Of a stretch of 64,000 nucleotides of DNA, positions 23,988-37,985 are shown piece by piece. The notes under the pieces are model-generated. The model worked only from the letters and a program-made list of their open reading frames with translations, did not search any database and was not told where the DNA came from. This DNA comes from Malacoraja senta. Taxonomy: Eukaryota. Each line of letters begins with the position of its first letter. Positions within the stretch are counted from its first letter, which is position 1. The position numbers were made by a program, and so were the translations under genes. The stretch is taken from contig CM075987.1 in NCBI GenBank assembly GCA_038087875.1, positions 27,716,001-27,780,000 of the forward strand. Reading direction: 5' to 3'.

Positions 23988-25700
23988 CCCACTCCAGCTT
24001 TTTGTGTCTATCTTGAGCTAATTTCAAATATCTGCGAGGAACTTGTAATAATCCCAATCACACGGGATAAAGTATTGGAGAACCTTCAATCAATGGGATC
24101 TTTGCAGCCACTTCCTTTAAACCCTTGGTTGTTGGCCATCATGTCCCAGCATCTGACCCCAATGGTTGGCATTTTTTATCACAAAATTCAAGGAAGGTGC
24201 CAGTAGATGTTGGGGGGGAGGGAGGGGAGGGAGATTTAATGGGAACCTGAGGAGTAACTTTTTTTACACAGAGTGGTGGGTGTATGGATTGAGCTGCCAG
24301 AGGGGGTAGTTGAGGCAGGGACTATCGCAATGTTTAAGAAACAGCTAGACAGATACATGGATAGGACAGGTTTGGAGGGATGTGGGCCAAACGTGGGCGG
24401 GTGGGACTAGTGTAGATGGGTCACGTTGTTTGGTGTTGGCAAGTTGGGCCGAAGGGCCTGTTTCTACACTGTATCACTCTATGACTCTCAGATCCACCCC
24501 CTAGTTCCCTGGATGTTCCTCCTTGTGTCTGGCTCAAAATTGACAATTTCTATTCATCTTTTTCCTCCTACAATTCTCTTTGTCCTTGTGAAGTAAGCTG
24601 GTGATTAATTTGTACGTCTGGACTCTATATGTTGAATGTTGAACGTTAAGTTCATGTTGGAATTATATTTTAAAATGAACAACATGACATATCAAATGTG
24701 TTGTTTGCATTACGGTTGGGGTTATCTAGTCATGGAGTGATACGAAGGGCCTGTTTTCACGCTGTATGACTCTATGACTCCAAGATTGGAAAACAGACAG
24801 TGCAACTCTCTTGTTGAGAAAGGGAGAAAGACAAAAGGCAGGAAACTGTGCCAGCTGATGTAACATCTCTAGTTGGCAAGAGTCTATCATTAAAGAGGAA
24901 AAAAACAAAACATTTAGGAAATATAATCAAACCTAGTTACCATACTTTTATGAAAAATAAATCATATTTGACAAATGTATTGAATTATTTGAGGATGTGA
25001 AGGAGTGTTGATCGCGAGGACCCTGTAGAAGTAGTGAACGTAGACTTCCAAAAGGCATTTGGCAAAGTGGCACATGAGAGACTGGTACATAAATTAGGAG
25101 CTCAAGGTATTGGGCAGTTTAGTTAGCGTGAAAGCTCACTGTCACATGGATAACAGAGTTACAATAAATGGGTGGAGGGGTGTAATTAGTGCAATACCCC
25201 CGGGATAGAACATAGAACAGTACACGAACAGGCCCTTCAGCCCACAATGTCTGTGCTGAACATGATACCAAGACCAACTCTTACCTGCCTGCACATGAAA
25301 CGTGTCCCTCCATTCCCTGCATATCCATGTGCCTATCCAAAAGTCTCTTCAGTCCCACTGTCATATCTGCCTCAACCACTACCCCCGGCAGCACGTTCCA
25401 GGCCCTCACTACCCTCTGTGTAAAAAGAATTATCCTGCTCATCTCCTTGACACTTTGTCCCTCCCCCCTGGACACCATGCATTGCCCGCCATTTTTACAC
25501 GAATTCTACACCAACATTTTTTCTCCCCACATTCCTATCAATGCTACGCCAGATTCTACCACTCATCTGATTGTTAGGAGCCCATTTTTTAAGATGTGGA
25601 GGAAGCCCACATGGTCATAGGGTGAAAATGGGTTCATTTTGATTTGTGAATTATTTAATTACATGTCCTGATAACGTTTTTGTTTCTTGCTTGTCTGCAG

Positions 25701-25759
25701 GAGCGGACTATGTAAGCTGTGGGATATTCCTGACTGTCGCCTTGTACGTACTTTGAGAG
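25701..25759 (+). CDS. PRPF4: PRPF4 coding exon 7
   Basis: SGLCKLWDIPDCRLVRTLRG; AG acceptor and GTAAGA donor. Confidence 0.93.
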
Positions 25760-26132
25760 GTAAGACACTCTCAAACCACAACTTGCATTCCACAAACTCT
25801 CCAGATAATTTATAGAGGAGGAAGGTCTTCTGGCACTCGTAGACAGCTCTAGAGGTTTTCTCTTTGTTTCTAGTTGATTGCAAAATGTTTGTGTCCACCA
25901 ATCCTCGCGATGATTACTCTGCATAAAGAAAGGACCATCAGCAATACCAACGTCCAATTGCATGGCTTAAACCAGGGTGGCTCAGAGAGTTGCCAAATAA
26001 AGTTATGTCTGTGCTGGCGACAACTGGATCTGAACTGAGTAGAGCTTGAAATGGTCTAGATACCGTTTAAGAAGCAATTAGACATCGATAGGTCCAACCT
26101 ATCCATAGAGGAATATGGGCCCAACACAGGCA

Positions 26133-26540
26133 GGTGGGACGAGTGTAGATGGGGTATGTTGGTGGGGGTGGGACGAGTGTAGATGGGGGATGTTGGTGGG
26201 GGTAGGACGAGTGTAGATGGGGTATGTTGGTGGGGGTAGGACGAGTGTAGATGGGGTGTGTTGGTGGGGGGTGGGACGAGTGTAGATGGGGTGTGTTGGT
26301 GGGGGTTGGACGAGTGTAGATGGGGTGTGTTGGTGGGGGTGGGACAAGTGTAGATGGGGTGTGTTGGTGGGGGTTGGACGAGTAGATGGGGTATGTTGGT
26401 GGGGGTGGGACAAGTGTAGATGGGGTGTGTTGGTGGGGGTTGGACGAGTGTAGATGGGGTATGTTGGTGGGGGTGGGACAAGTGTAGATGGGGTGTGGGG
26501 GTGGGACGAGTGTAGATGGGGTGTGTTGGTGGGGGTGGGC
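26133..26540. repeat. About 32-34-bp minisatellite expanded from a CR1 3' UTR
   Basis: Unit GTGGGACGAGTGTAGATGGGGT(A/G)TGTTGGTGGGG within a CR1 tail. Confidence 0.9.
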
Positions 26541-26661
26541 ACGTTGGATTGAAGACCATGTTTCTAAACTCTATGACTCTATTCAGCTAGAGTTGGTCGG
26601 CTTAAGATGCTGAAGCTGAGCAGAGTGAAGGTAATGACTGGCTGGATGTTCTGTCTTGCAG

Positions 26662-26785
26662 GTCACAGCACGAATGTGGGCGCCATTGTGTTTCATCCTC
26701 AGGCCACCATCTCACTTAGCGAAAAGGACTGTAATATGGCATCATGTGCAGCTGACGGCTCCGTGAAGCTCTGGAATTTGGAAAG
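26662..26785 (+). CDS. PRPF4: PRPF4 coding exon 8
   Basis: [40 protein letters not shown], a WD40 repeat; AG/GT boundaries. Confidence 0.95.
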
Positions 26786-27749
26786 GTTTGTAATCTTCAC
26801 AAATAAGTTCACCATACATTGAGCTACATCAAGGTGAAAGGGATTCTGATAGATTTGAATGGTGCTATGAATCTGCCATTCGAGGTGCTTTGTTCATTTC
26901 CCACACACAACTTCCTCGTGCTTTGTTATTTGATTCAATATTCTATTTACTGAGCTCACCTGCTGCATTAAAATAATCTTATGGCTATTTAGTTTTTACA
27001 AAACAAAACCTGTAATTAACATAATCCATTGCTGGCTCAGCCCCAGCCAACAATAGACTGTTGTAGCCTCCGCCTTTCCTGAGTCATCAATGCCGGCTCT
27101 GATTTGTTCTGTACCTTCCCACACCCTCTCGTGTCCCCCTCCCTGACTCTCAGTCTGAAGAAGGGTCTCGACCCGAAACGTCACCCATTCCTTCTCGCCA
27201 GAGATACTGCCTGTCCCGCTGAGTTACTCCAGCATTTTGTGTCTGTCTTCGGGTGTAAACCAGCATATGCAGTTCCTTCCACTAGTGGGAGAGACTAGGA
27301 CCAGAGACCATAGCCTCCGAATAAAAGGATGTTCCTTTAGAAAGGAGAAGAGAAGGAATTTCTTTCGACAGAGGGTGGTGAATCTGTGGAATTCATTGCC
27401 ACAGACCTTCTGTGGAGACAAAGTCAACGGATATTTTTAAGGCGGAGATTAACAGATTCTTGATTAATACGGGTGTCAGGGGTTATGGGGAGAAGGCAGG
27501 CGAATGGGGTTAGGAGGGAGAAGTAGATCAGCCATGATTGAATGGCAGAGTAGACTTGATGGGCCGAATGGCCTTATGCTGCTCCTAGAACTTATGAACA
27601 TGAGTTTGACTTTGTGGCCACAGGCATCTTCTGGAGCTGGACATTACTCCAGCATTTTGTGTCTGTCTTCGGTTGGGTGAATGTGTTTGTTGATTGTTTT
27701 TAATCTGCACCGAGTTGATGTGTTTATACAAAACATGTGCTTCCCACCT

Positions 27750-27935
27750 CGGTTGTCAGCCTAAACCTGCTTGTGAATCTAAGGTGAATCTGCAGATTGT
27801 AGCTTCAAGCTGCACTGCAGAGAATTGATCACATAATCCACGGTTGTCAGCCTAAACCTGCTTGTGAATCTAAGGTGAATCTGCAGATTGTAGCTTCAAG
27901 CTGCACTACAGAGAATTGATCACATAATCCACGGT
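27750..27935. repeat. 91-bp tandem duplication
   Basis: CGGTTGTCAGCCTAAACC...CATAATCCA at 27750 and 27841; one mismatch seen. Confidence 0.92.
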
Positions 27936-28589
27936 CACATTCAAGTGTAGCGCTACTTGTCATGCTGCTTGTAGATGAGGCATGAAGGAAGCAGTGATCC
28001 CCATCTCCCCCCAAGGTGGACATGAATGATCCCAGATTACTCCTGTGATAGGGTAAATGTACAGGGTCTTTTTACCCAGAGTACTGGAATCAAGAACCGA
28101 AGGACATGGGTTTAAGGTGAGGGTAGAAAGATGCTGCCGTGACAGGCAACATTTTTACACAGTGGTTGGTAGGAATATGGAACAAGCTGCTGGAGGAGGT
28201 AGTTGAAGTAGGTACAATCACCACGTTTAAAGAAAACATTTAGAAAGGTACATGGATAGGATAGGTTTAGAGGGCTATGGGCCAAACTGGCAGGCACTAG
28301 AGTAAATGGGACATGTTGGTCGGAGTGGGTAAGTTGGGCCGAGGGGCCTGTTTCCACTCTGTATGACTGTTTCAGTTGGAAGTTGCATTCCTGGTGACCT
28401 GACCACTGAATTCGCAACTAAAACAGATCATCTTGTCTCCAATTTCATTGTTTCTGGGAGTATTGTGCGCTCTAACCAGCTACGATATTTCCTACAACAG
28501 AGACTGTGAAGGAACTTTTGTTGGCTGTAAACCATTTTAGGACGTCCAACAATTGGGAAAAACTCTGTAAAAACGCGAGTCTCTGTTGA

Positions 28590-28724
<135 letters not shown>

Positions 28725-29094
28725 TAAGTAACATCTATAATATCTATTACTTACATTAACATGAAATGAAAACCTTGCATCAGAAGTTTAATTTTGTCTG
28801 AGTTCCATTAAGTGCCAAAGTTGCCAGGATTTGCATACATGGGATTTAGTTTTGGCTTTGACTTTGCTTTCCCTTCCACCACCTCATGTTCTGTAAATAT
28901 CAAGCTGTTCCCATCATTTTCATATATTTACTAACAGTGTAAACACTCCGGTGTGTGTCAGGCTGTTGCGCATTGGTGCCACGTACCCAGAGGGTCAGCT
29001 AAATGCCATGTTCTTGTGCTAACATGCTAACATTGTCTCTCACTCAGACACTTATGACAGTGTTTGCACTCTGTCCTAACACACAATGGGCTGC

Positions 29095-29313
29095 AGAGTG
29101 CTGGAGTAACTCAGCGGGTCAGGTAGCATCTCTGGAGAACATGGATAGGTGACGTTTCATAGAGTGCTGGAGTAACTCAGCGGGTCAGGCAGCATCTGTT
29201 GAGAACATGGATAGGTGACGTTTCACAGAGTGCTGGAGTAACTCAGCAGGTCAGGCAGCATCTCTGGGAAACATGGATAGGTGACGTTTCGGGTCAAGTT
29301 CCTTCTTCAGACT
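29095..29313 (-). repeat. 3 x 66-bp tandem of the Penelope-derived arm
   Basis: Units start at 29095, 29161 and 29227. Confidence 0.9.
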
Positions 29314-29489
29314 TTCTTCATTCCCAACCCGAAATGTTCCAACCAACTGCCTATTAAAACCTGTGTCAACCTATTACCTGCCACGCAGATCCTGCCTCTC
29401 CCCTTTCCCGCTTTCTTCTCTATCTCCCCCTCCCACAATCAGTCTGCAGAAGGGTCTCGACCTGAAACATCACCTATCTAGCGATGCTG

Positions 29490-29895
29490 CCTGACTGGGG
29501 TTTATTTCTTGGAGTGCAGGAGGATGAGGGGTGATCTCATAGAGGGGTATAAGATCATGAGAGGAATAGGTCGGGTCGATGCACAGAGACTCTTGCCCAG
29601 AATAGGTGAATCGAGAGGAGAAAGGTTTAAGGTGAAGGGGGAAAGATTTAATAGGAATCTGAGGGGTGACATTTTCACACAAAGGGTGGTGGGTGTATGG
29701 AACGAGCTGCCAGAGGAGGTAGTTGAGGCTGGGAATATCCTAACATTTAAGAAACAGTTAGACAGGTGCATGGATAGGACAGGTTGGAGGGATATAGACC
29801 AAATGATGGCAGGTGGGACTAGTGTAGCTGGGACATGTTGGCCGGTGTGGGCAACTTGGCTGAAGGTCCAGTTTCCATACTGCATCACTTTATGA
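29490..29895 (+). mobile_element. CR1 (HER1-like) 3' fragment
   Basis: RRMRGDLIEGYKIMRGIGRV...FTQRVVGVWNELPEEVV. Confidence 0.8.
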
Positions 29896-30045
29896 GTTAC
29901 TCCAGCAACTTGTGACTTTTTGTGATTTAACCAGCACCTGCAGTTGCTTGTTTCTACTTATCACACAGTTGTTTCCTTAATTTGCCAGTAAGACGTGGTT
30001 ATTCCAGTGGTAAGCAGTGGTTACAGGTAACGCGGTGGTGCCTGA

Positions 30046-30189
<144 letters not shown>

Positions 30190-31828
30190 TGAGTACAGTC
30201 AACCATTAATCCTTCCAATCTTCAGGGACTCAATCCAACCCAGTATCCTGCTACATATGTTAACTGTGAAACCCGGAGCTTTCTTTTTGCGTGCTGTGTT
30301 TGTACTCTGGTGGCACGGTGTGTTAGTCAGACTTATCCCCAGTGTGGGTGGGAGGTTTGTTGTGAACCACACCTTAACACTTTTCCCTACACTTTTGGTT
30401 TCTGCATCTTCAGTCTTGGAATAGTCCATGGAATTGGTTGAAAACTTTCAAATGTTTAAGTTTCCTTATCCTTTTTTACCAATTCAGGGATATAATTGAA
30501 TATCGTCGAGTGCATAGAAAATGAAACAGCATTTTGGAGTTTAGAGAATCTAATCTATACCAAAGACAATTAACCAGCAAACCTGTACTTCTCTTTGGAG
30601 TGTGGGAGGAAACCGGAGCACCCAGAGAAAACCCACGCAGTCACAGGGAGAACGTACAAACTCCGTACAAGCAGCGCACATATTCAGGATCGAACCCGGG
30701 TCTCTGGCGCTGTAAGGCAGCAACACTACCACTGCGCCACTGCCGTCCTATTTGAATTACATTTTATTCGACTGGTTCTTTTCTATTACATATTATTCAA
30801 CTCATCTGCTCATTCAAGTGACTACATCTCCTCCTACTTGGTGTGATGTGCACAACTGAAGGCATTGTATTTTTGTCAAGCATTAATGTTTTCTCAACTG
30901 TTTTTTGTGCTAAGTTGTGACGCTCCATTTGGAAATGGTGGCTGAATGAGGGACAGTGTTGGGAAGTTATCAGTCCATGTGGTTCACCCTGTTCATTGTT
31001 TTTAAAAACTTCCTTTCTGCACTCATTGCTACTGTTTTCACTCTCTTTGTTGTGGGGAATGCTCTTTGTTTACAGAGCATATCTCCATTTCCACATGAAG
31101 GTTAAACCACTCGGAGCAAGGAAGGGTGTGTCTAGGGTGTAGGAAGGAACTGCAGATGCTGGTTTAAACCAAAGATAGACACAAAATGCTGGATTAATTC
31201 AGCGGGACAGGCAGCTTCTCTGGAGAGAAGAAATGGGTAATGTTTCGGGGTCGAGTTCTTCAGACTTCGGAAGAATGGTCTCGCCCCGAAATGTCACCCA
31301 TTCCTTCACTCCAGAGATGCTGCCTGTCCAGCATTGTGAGTCTATCTTCGGCAGGATGACCTAACAAGGAGCGAGTAAGAATGAATAAAGTGTGAGCTGT
31401 AAAGATGCAGTACCGCTGCACTCAGCTACAGAGGAGTGTAGGAGTCCGTCTACACGACCCTGAGGCAGAAGAACATATGGACAGATGTGAAAATCAAAGA
31501 ACTGCAGTTGCTGAAAATCAAAAAAAAATTGAAAATGCTGGAAACGTTTAGTTGGGTAGCACCTGTGGATAGAGAAACGTCGGGTGTTAAAGTGCTGAGA
31601 AGTTGGGGAAATGAATGCAGAGGAAAAAGTAAATATCTGATGAGGTTGACAGTAGGGTTACTGTGGGGACCCATTGGAATCCTTGCTCCAACTCCCTCCC
31701 CTTCTATAAATGCTGTCTGACTTGTGGAATATTTTCAAACCTTTCTGATTTGAGGAGGGGTGGGCATTTTGTTATCATTGGCCCAATTTGGTGCACATGG
31801 GAATATTCCTCATATGGTTAATGCTTGA

Positions 31829-31954
<126 letters not shown>

Positions 31955-32608
31955 TAAGGCAGCCAAACATGGACCTTAGAAAAGTATTGACAAGATATAA
32001 CTTGGAAGAATACAAAAGAGCATTAAAGATTGTAGACTTGAAGGATGGGTAGCACATTGTTTCAAGGAGTGAGTGTAGCATAGTTAAGAGAAGTTTATTC
32101 AGAATTCTTAATGGAGTTCCTCAGGGTTCATTACATAAAGGACTTTTGTTGTCAGAGTACATGAATGATTTTTTAAAGAAGGAACTGCAGATGCTGGAAA
32201 AATCTAAGGTAGACAAAAATGCTGGGGAAACTCAGCGGGTGAGGCAGCATCTATGGAGCAAAGGAATAGGTGACGTTTTGGGTTGAGACCCTTCAGACTG
32301 ATGTGGAGGTGGGGGAAGAAGAAAGGAAGAGGTGGAGACAGTAGGCTGTGGGATATTTTCTAAGCTCTGACCCTTTGATAAACCACCAACTGTTTGTGGT
32401 GCTGCTGTGTATCACACTCCAGTCATAGACCATTGTGTAGACGGGCAAGTAATCGGATGCCCTATCGGTAATGACCTTACAAGAAAAGGGACGCCCGCCC
32501 GTTAATGAGGCTTGAATGGGGATGTGTCACCACAGTTCCAACAGGGAGGTGTTTTGGTTATTTCCTTGCGGTTGGGTCTCATTGTGACCGAGCTGATTTT
32601 GTTTTCAG

Positions 32609-32727
32609 GTATCATGCAGCAACAGGGAGTGGAGACAACAGCTGCAAGGTTTGGGACTTACGACAGCGGAAATGTATCTACACCATCCCAGCACATCACA
32701 ACCTGCTGTCAGCAGTCCGCTTTCAGC
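32609..32727 (+). CDS. PRPF4: PRPF4 coding exon 12
   Basis: [39 protein letters not shown]; donor GTGAGT. Confidence 0.95.
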
Positions 32728-33981
32728 GTGAGTATCAGACGCAGGAGGCCCACGCTAACGCAACTTTACCAGTGACTCAGCATGAAAACAGGCCCTTCAG
32801 CCCATCGAGTCCGCGACCACCATGGATTATCCTATACACTCATTCTATCTTTCAATTTAGCAACAATTAACCTACAAACCTGTACGTCTTTGGAGTGTGG
32901 GAGGAAACGTGGGTCACGGGGAGAGCGTACAAACTCCGTCCAGACAGCACCCGTAGTCAGGATCTAATCTGTGTATCTGGTGCTGTGAGGCAGCAACTCT
33001 ACCGCTGCGCCACTGTGCTGCCCTTCTCAAAGATGAGAAGACTGGTAGATTTTAATAAGCATGTTCAACGTATTTGATGGTGAAAATAAGGAAAGTCTGT
33101 CATAAGAGTTGGTAACGGGAGGACACAACTTTGCGATGTTTTGACTTCTAGGTGAACTAGCAGGACCAGGGTTAATTTTGAGCAAGCTATTGTGATGCGG
33201 AATACACACCTTAGTAGGAGTAGACTCCATTGGAACTTTCGAAACCAAGTTGAGGAAGTGCTGAAATCCCATGGGATGTTGGTAGTGCTGGGCTCTGCGA
33301 TTTTCTGGAATGCTGAATATTACAAATATCTCAACACACCCCAGGCCCTGGGATACAGGGAGAGGTTGAGCCGGCTGGGACGCTACTCCATGGAGAACAG
33401 AAGGATGAGGGGTGATCTTATAGAGATGTATAAAATCATGGGAGGAATAGATTGGCGAGTCTCTAGCCTGAAGTAAGGGAACAGAGAACCAGAGGACATA
33501 GGTTTAAGGTAAAGGGGAAAAGATTTAAGTTTAGTGTATTGTCACGTGTACTGAGGTACAATGAAAAGCTTTTGTTGCGTGCTAACTAGTCAGCGGAGAG
33601 TGAATACATGATTACAATCAAGCCGTCCACTGTGTACAGATAGGGGGAGAGATTTAAAAGAGTGGAGCGATGATAATGAGTGATTGCAGATCCACTTAAG
33701 TTGCCTGCGTTGGGCCCCATCTTGGATCCTGGAGAAAATAGGAACTTCTTATAGGGTAACTTCTTCACACCAAGGGTGGTGGGTTTATGGAACGAGCAAC
33801 TGGAGAAGGTAGTTGAGGCAGGTATTATCGCAACGTTTAAGAAACATTTGGGACGGGTTGGGCCAAAGGGCCTGTTTCTACGCTGTATGACTATGATTTG
33901 TTACACTTTGAAGAGTTTCCTTTCTGCTGCTCATTAGTTGTCCCATCATGCAACTAAATGTTGGTTTGTGTCTCCCTGCAG

Positions 33982-34175
33982 CCACAGATGGGAATTATCT
34001 GCTGACTGGTGCCTATGACAACACAGCAAAGATATGGAGCCACCCTGGCTGGTCACCGCTCAAAACCATGGCCGGCCACGAAGGCAAAGTGATGGGACTG
34101 GACATTTCACCAAACGGCCATCTGATTGCCACGTGTTCTTACGACAGGACCTTCAAGCTCTGGACATCTGAGTAG
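33982..34175 (+). CDS. PRPF4: PRPF4 coding exon 13 (final)
   Basis: [66 protein letters not shown] at 34173-34175. Confidence 0.95.
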
Positions 34176-34371
34176 ACCAAATCGAGCAGAGCACTGACTG
34201 TAAGGCACCCTAGAGAGAGAGGGTCAGATAATCTCTGTCCATCAGATGACCAAACCACTGGACACCAGGTGCCAACTTGTTGATAGGTAGTTGTTGCCTC
34301 GGTCTGCTGGTCATACTTTTTATCACTCATTTTTTTTTTTTGGCTTGTTTTGCTTTTGGACTTTTGCAGTT

Positions 34372-34377
34372 AATAAA
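34372..34377 (+). terminator. Candidate polyadenylation signal of PRPF4
   Basis: AATAAA about 200 nt after the stop, followed by GT-rich sequence; a further AATAAA at 35041. Confidence 0.55.
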
Positions 34378-34439
34378 AAATGTGGTCATTTGTAGTTAAT
34401 GTCAATGAGTGGTCCTCTTCCACAAACCCCTGGAGAACG

Positions 34440-34746
34440 AGGTGGCACAGTGGCGCAGCAGTAGAGCTAATGCCTACACCGGAGACCCGGGTTCCATCCT
34501 GACTACGGGTGCTGCCTGTTCAGAATTTGTACCTTCTCCCCGTGACCACGTAGGTTTTCTCCCAGATTTTTGGTTTCCTCTCACACTCCAAAGACGTACA
34601 GTTTTGTAGGTTAATTTGCCTAGTAAATGTAAATATTGTCCCTAGTGTGTGTGTAGGATAGTGTTAATGTGCGGGGATCGCTGATCGGTGCGGACTCGGT
34701 GGGCCGAAGGGCCTGTTTCCGCACTGTATCTCTAAACTAAACTAAA
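34440..34746 (+). mobile_element. HE1-like SINE
   Basis: tRNA-like head and (AAACT)n tail. Confidence 0.8.
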
Positions 34747-35835
34747 TTAAACAGGAATTCCGTATTAAACGTTGAATGATGTCTCCATTTCCAAAAGTAA
34801 TGTCTGTCTTCTGCTCATTTTCTGCTGAGTGTTTAAAAGTGACCAAGGCTGAACCCCTGGTTGTGAGCTGTTGGTGTCCAAGTTTACCCGACTTTAAAGG
34901 CACCATGGATGAGTGTCGGCCTATTTCTGGAAGTGAAGCAGAACTGCAGTGTCTAGAAATACAGAGTAGTAACTCTGGAATCTTTGAGTAATGTGATAAC
35001 CATATGAGTGACCAGCCTCTCCTTTTGAGCAGTGCTTTATAATAAATATTTTGATAAATAACTCTCTCTGTAACTGTTTCCATGAGATGGTGCATCAGAT
35101 TGAATGATTTCCATCCACTGAACACAACAGACACACTAACTATCCAAACCCTTGGATTAGGTTCTGGAACTGATTTATTATTCTACCCCCCCCAACCCAA
35201 CCTTCGGTTAAGTTTCAGATTGTAACACATTTCTGCATAATGTGTGTGTGTGTATATGTACAGAGAGATCTATATCTGTGTGTACATATGCGTGCACACA
35301 CACAGACAGACAAAAACACACACACATATTATAATCACAGTATCACCTATTCATATATTCCTATCGGAATCTATTGCTAAACATGTTTGTGCTCACCTCT
35401 TGACTTTTTATTCTGTTTTCAATGTCCAAGATTACAAAGGCACTTTTGTTGTCACAGTTACACCCTTCAGAAGAACCCACGGGAGTTTTCTTCCAAAAGG
35501 TAATTAAAGGAATTTATAACCAGAACTTTGCAGAAAAAGTTAATTGACTTTTATACACCATATATATAAAAGTTTTTATAAAAGTTAATACACCAGGGTG
35601 TAATGACATTCCTTGTACACGTGAAGCTCAGATGAAAGAGCAGCAATGCAGTAAATACAACAATAAATAAATATAATGTTGAGGGTAAAGCAGCTGAATG
35701 GTGCAAGATTAAGTAGCAAAAATATGGAAGTACAAGAAGTGAATGAGGGCGAGGTAAGGGTGAGTGTGTGGATGCACCTCTGGGAAGGAGGTGATTACTT
35801 CAGGAGTCTAACAGCAGTGGGGAACACTGTTCTTT

Positions 35836-36061
35836 AAGGGCCAGTCCCACTTGGCGATTTTTTTCGGCGACTGCCGGCGTCATATCAGTGTTGCCAATAG
35901 ATTTTGAACATTTCAAATTCCAGCGGCGACAAAAAAAAAAGTGACACTTGAAAAAACGCCACGCGTCATACGTCATCACACCGCACATTTTTCGGTGACC
36001 TGATACGTCAGTCAGTGATGCCGGCAGTCGCCAAAAAAATCGGCAAGTGGGACAGGCCCTT
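35836..36061. mobile_element. MITE / non-autonomous DNA transposon (Harbinger-like termini)
   Basis: About 45-bp imperfect TIRs AAGGGCCAGTCCCACTTGGCGATTTTTTTCGGCGACTGCCGGC / GCCGGCAGTCGCCAAAAAAATCGGCAAGTGGGACAGGCCCTT; lies within a degraded Rex-like LINE; no clean TSD. Confidence 0.75.
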
Positions 36062-37599
36062 GCGTCTGGATGTCTGAGCTCTCCTGCTGAACGGCCAGAG
36101 TACCTGGCATCCTTGTTGATGCACCCAGCCTTCCTGATGCAACGTACTGTGAAGATGGAGTGGATGGAGGGAAGTGCCGAGCTTTGATGGACTGGGCTGT
36201 GGGGCTGGAGCAGAACAGTAACCACACCAGTCTGAGATGCAATTCGTCACAATATTTTCTGGAGTGCATCTGTCGAGTCTAGTTTAGAGATACAGCACAG
36301 AAGCAGGCCGAAGAAGGGTCTAGAGTCTGAAGAAGGGTCTCGACCTGAAACGTCACGCGTTCCTTCTCTCCAGAGTTGCTGCCTGTCCCGCTGCATTACT
36401 GCAGCTTTTTATTTCTATCTTCGGTTTAAACTAGCATCTGCAGTTGGTGCAGGTTTAACAAAGCTGGTGCAGGTTTAAACCCCGTCAGCAGGTAGAGGAA
36501 GGAAGTGTAAGCTTTCACTCTTCCTGTAATAAGCCTCTGGAGACGCAGTGAGAGGCTCTGATCTCTGCCACACTCACTGATTGATTGGCACTTTATTATC
36601 ACGTGTAACATGTCAAAATCTTTGTTTTGTACACGGAACACAAGGTATGCAAAGAGTCGCCACATAAAGGGCGCAGACAGTTACAAACTTCAGTGTAGTC
36701 CCTGATGGTCTCTCTTTGTACTCAGTGCCCCCCCCCCACAGGTCCCTCTGCATGCACTGTGGCCCCCACACCCCCACACGGGTCCCTCTGCATGCACAGT
36801 GGCCCCACACCCCCACACGGGCCCCTCTTTGTTCTCGATCCCCACCCCCCCAAACTCCCCCCCTTCGAAAATGTAGCATTGAGTACACTACCTGTCCATG
36901 TTGTTTGAGATAAAATGAAATGAAATGCCTTTATTTGTCGTCACGGGGAGAACGTACAAACTCCGTACAGACAGCACCCGTAGTTGGGATGGAACCCGGG
37001 TCTTTGGCGCTGTGAGGCAGCAACTCTACCGCTGCGCCACCGTGCTGCCCAGTTGAGTTCTTCAACTTTTGCTATTAAGAATATTTTCTAATATGTCCCT
37101 CTAACAAAGAAGGTGATTAAATATTTCCCCATATTGAGCCATTGCTGCCACAGAGGGGTGGGAGATTGCAACCTTCACGTGGTCCGCCCTGTTTCGACAA
37201 ATGCAATCAACCTGGCGTGCACAATCAAATAAGATCAAATAGAACAAGTTGTCCTACAACTTTAGGTAGTGCACACCATACGCGAGAAGAAGAAGCTGCC
37301 ACAGTTTTGCTGACTACACTTTTTATTGCTAACTGCATGGTGTTCATGCACGCGTCTCGCTGCATTACATATACAATGAAACATCACTTCCAAAATATTC
37401 TACTTGCGATTTGTTTTACATCTAAACAACATGTCATTGATAAACTCGTCTCCATGCAGCCTCATTCCTGAGAAAGGCTGGAATGTTTTGTTGAATATGA
37501 AGCAAAACTGGTCTATTCTGTATTTGACAGATACAATGAGGCATCAAATACCTCTGGCGTTTATTCCATTTTAGTTGACTTTTGTTTACTTTATTGTTG

Positions 37600-37985
37600 T
37601 CATATGAACCTTGTTACTGTGAGCTTTTGTTCCATGCTATCTAGTCATAAAGAAGAGGCTATAGGCGGTGTTCAGTGTACAGATAAAGGATACATTTAGT
37701 ACAAGATATAGTGCCATTTTTTTAAATTGGAAAGATCCCCAGTGAGGTAGATGGGAAATCAAGACCGCTCTCCAGCTGGTTCAGTTGCCTGATTGCATCT
37801 GGGAAGAAACTGTCCCTGAATCTGGAGGTGTGTGTTTTCACACTTCTGTACCTCTTGCCCGATGGGAGAGGGGAGAAGAGGGAGTGACCGGGGTGAGACT
37901 GGTCCTTGATTATGCTTCTGGCCTTGCCGAGGAAGTGTTGTGTAGATGGAGTCAATGGAAAGGAGGTCGGATTGCGTGATGGTCC
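37600..37985 (-). mobile_element. Rex1/Babar-like LINE 3' fragment
   Basis: SIIKDQSHPGHSLFSPLPSGKRYRSVKTHTSRFRDSFFPDAIRQLN. Confidence 0.75.
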
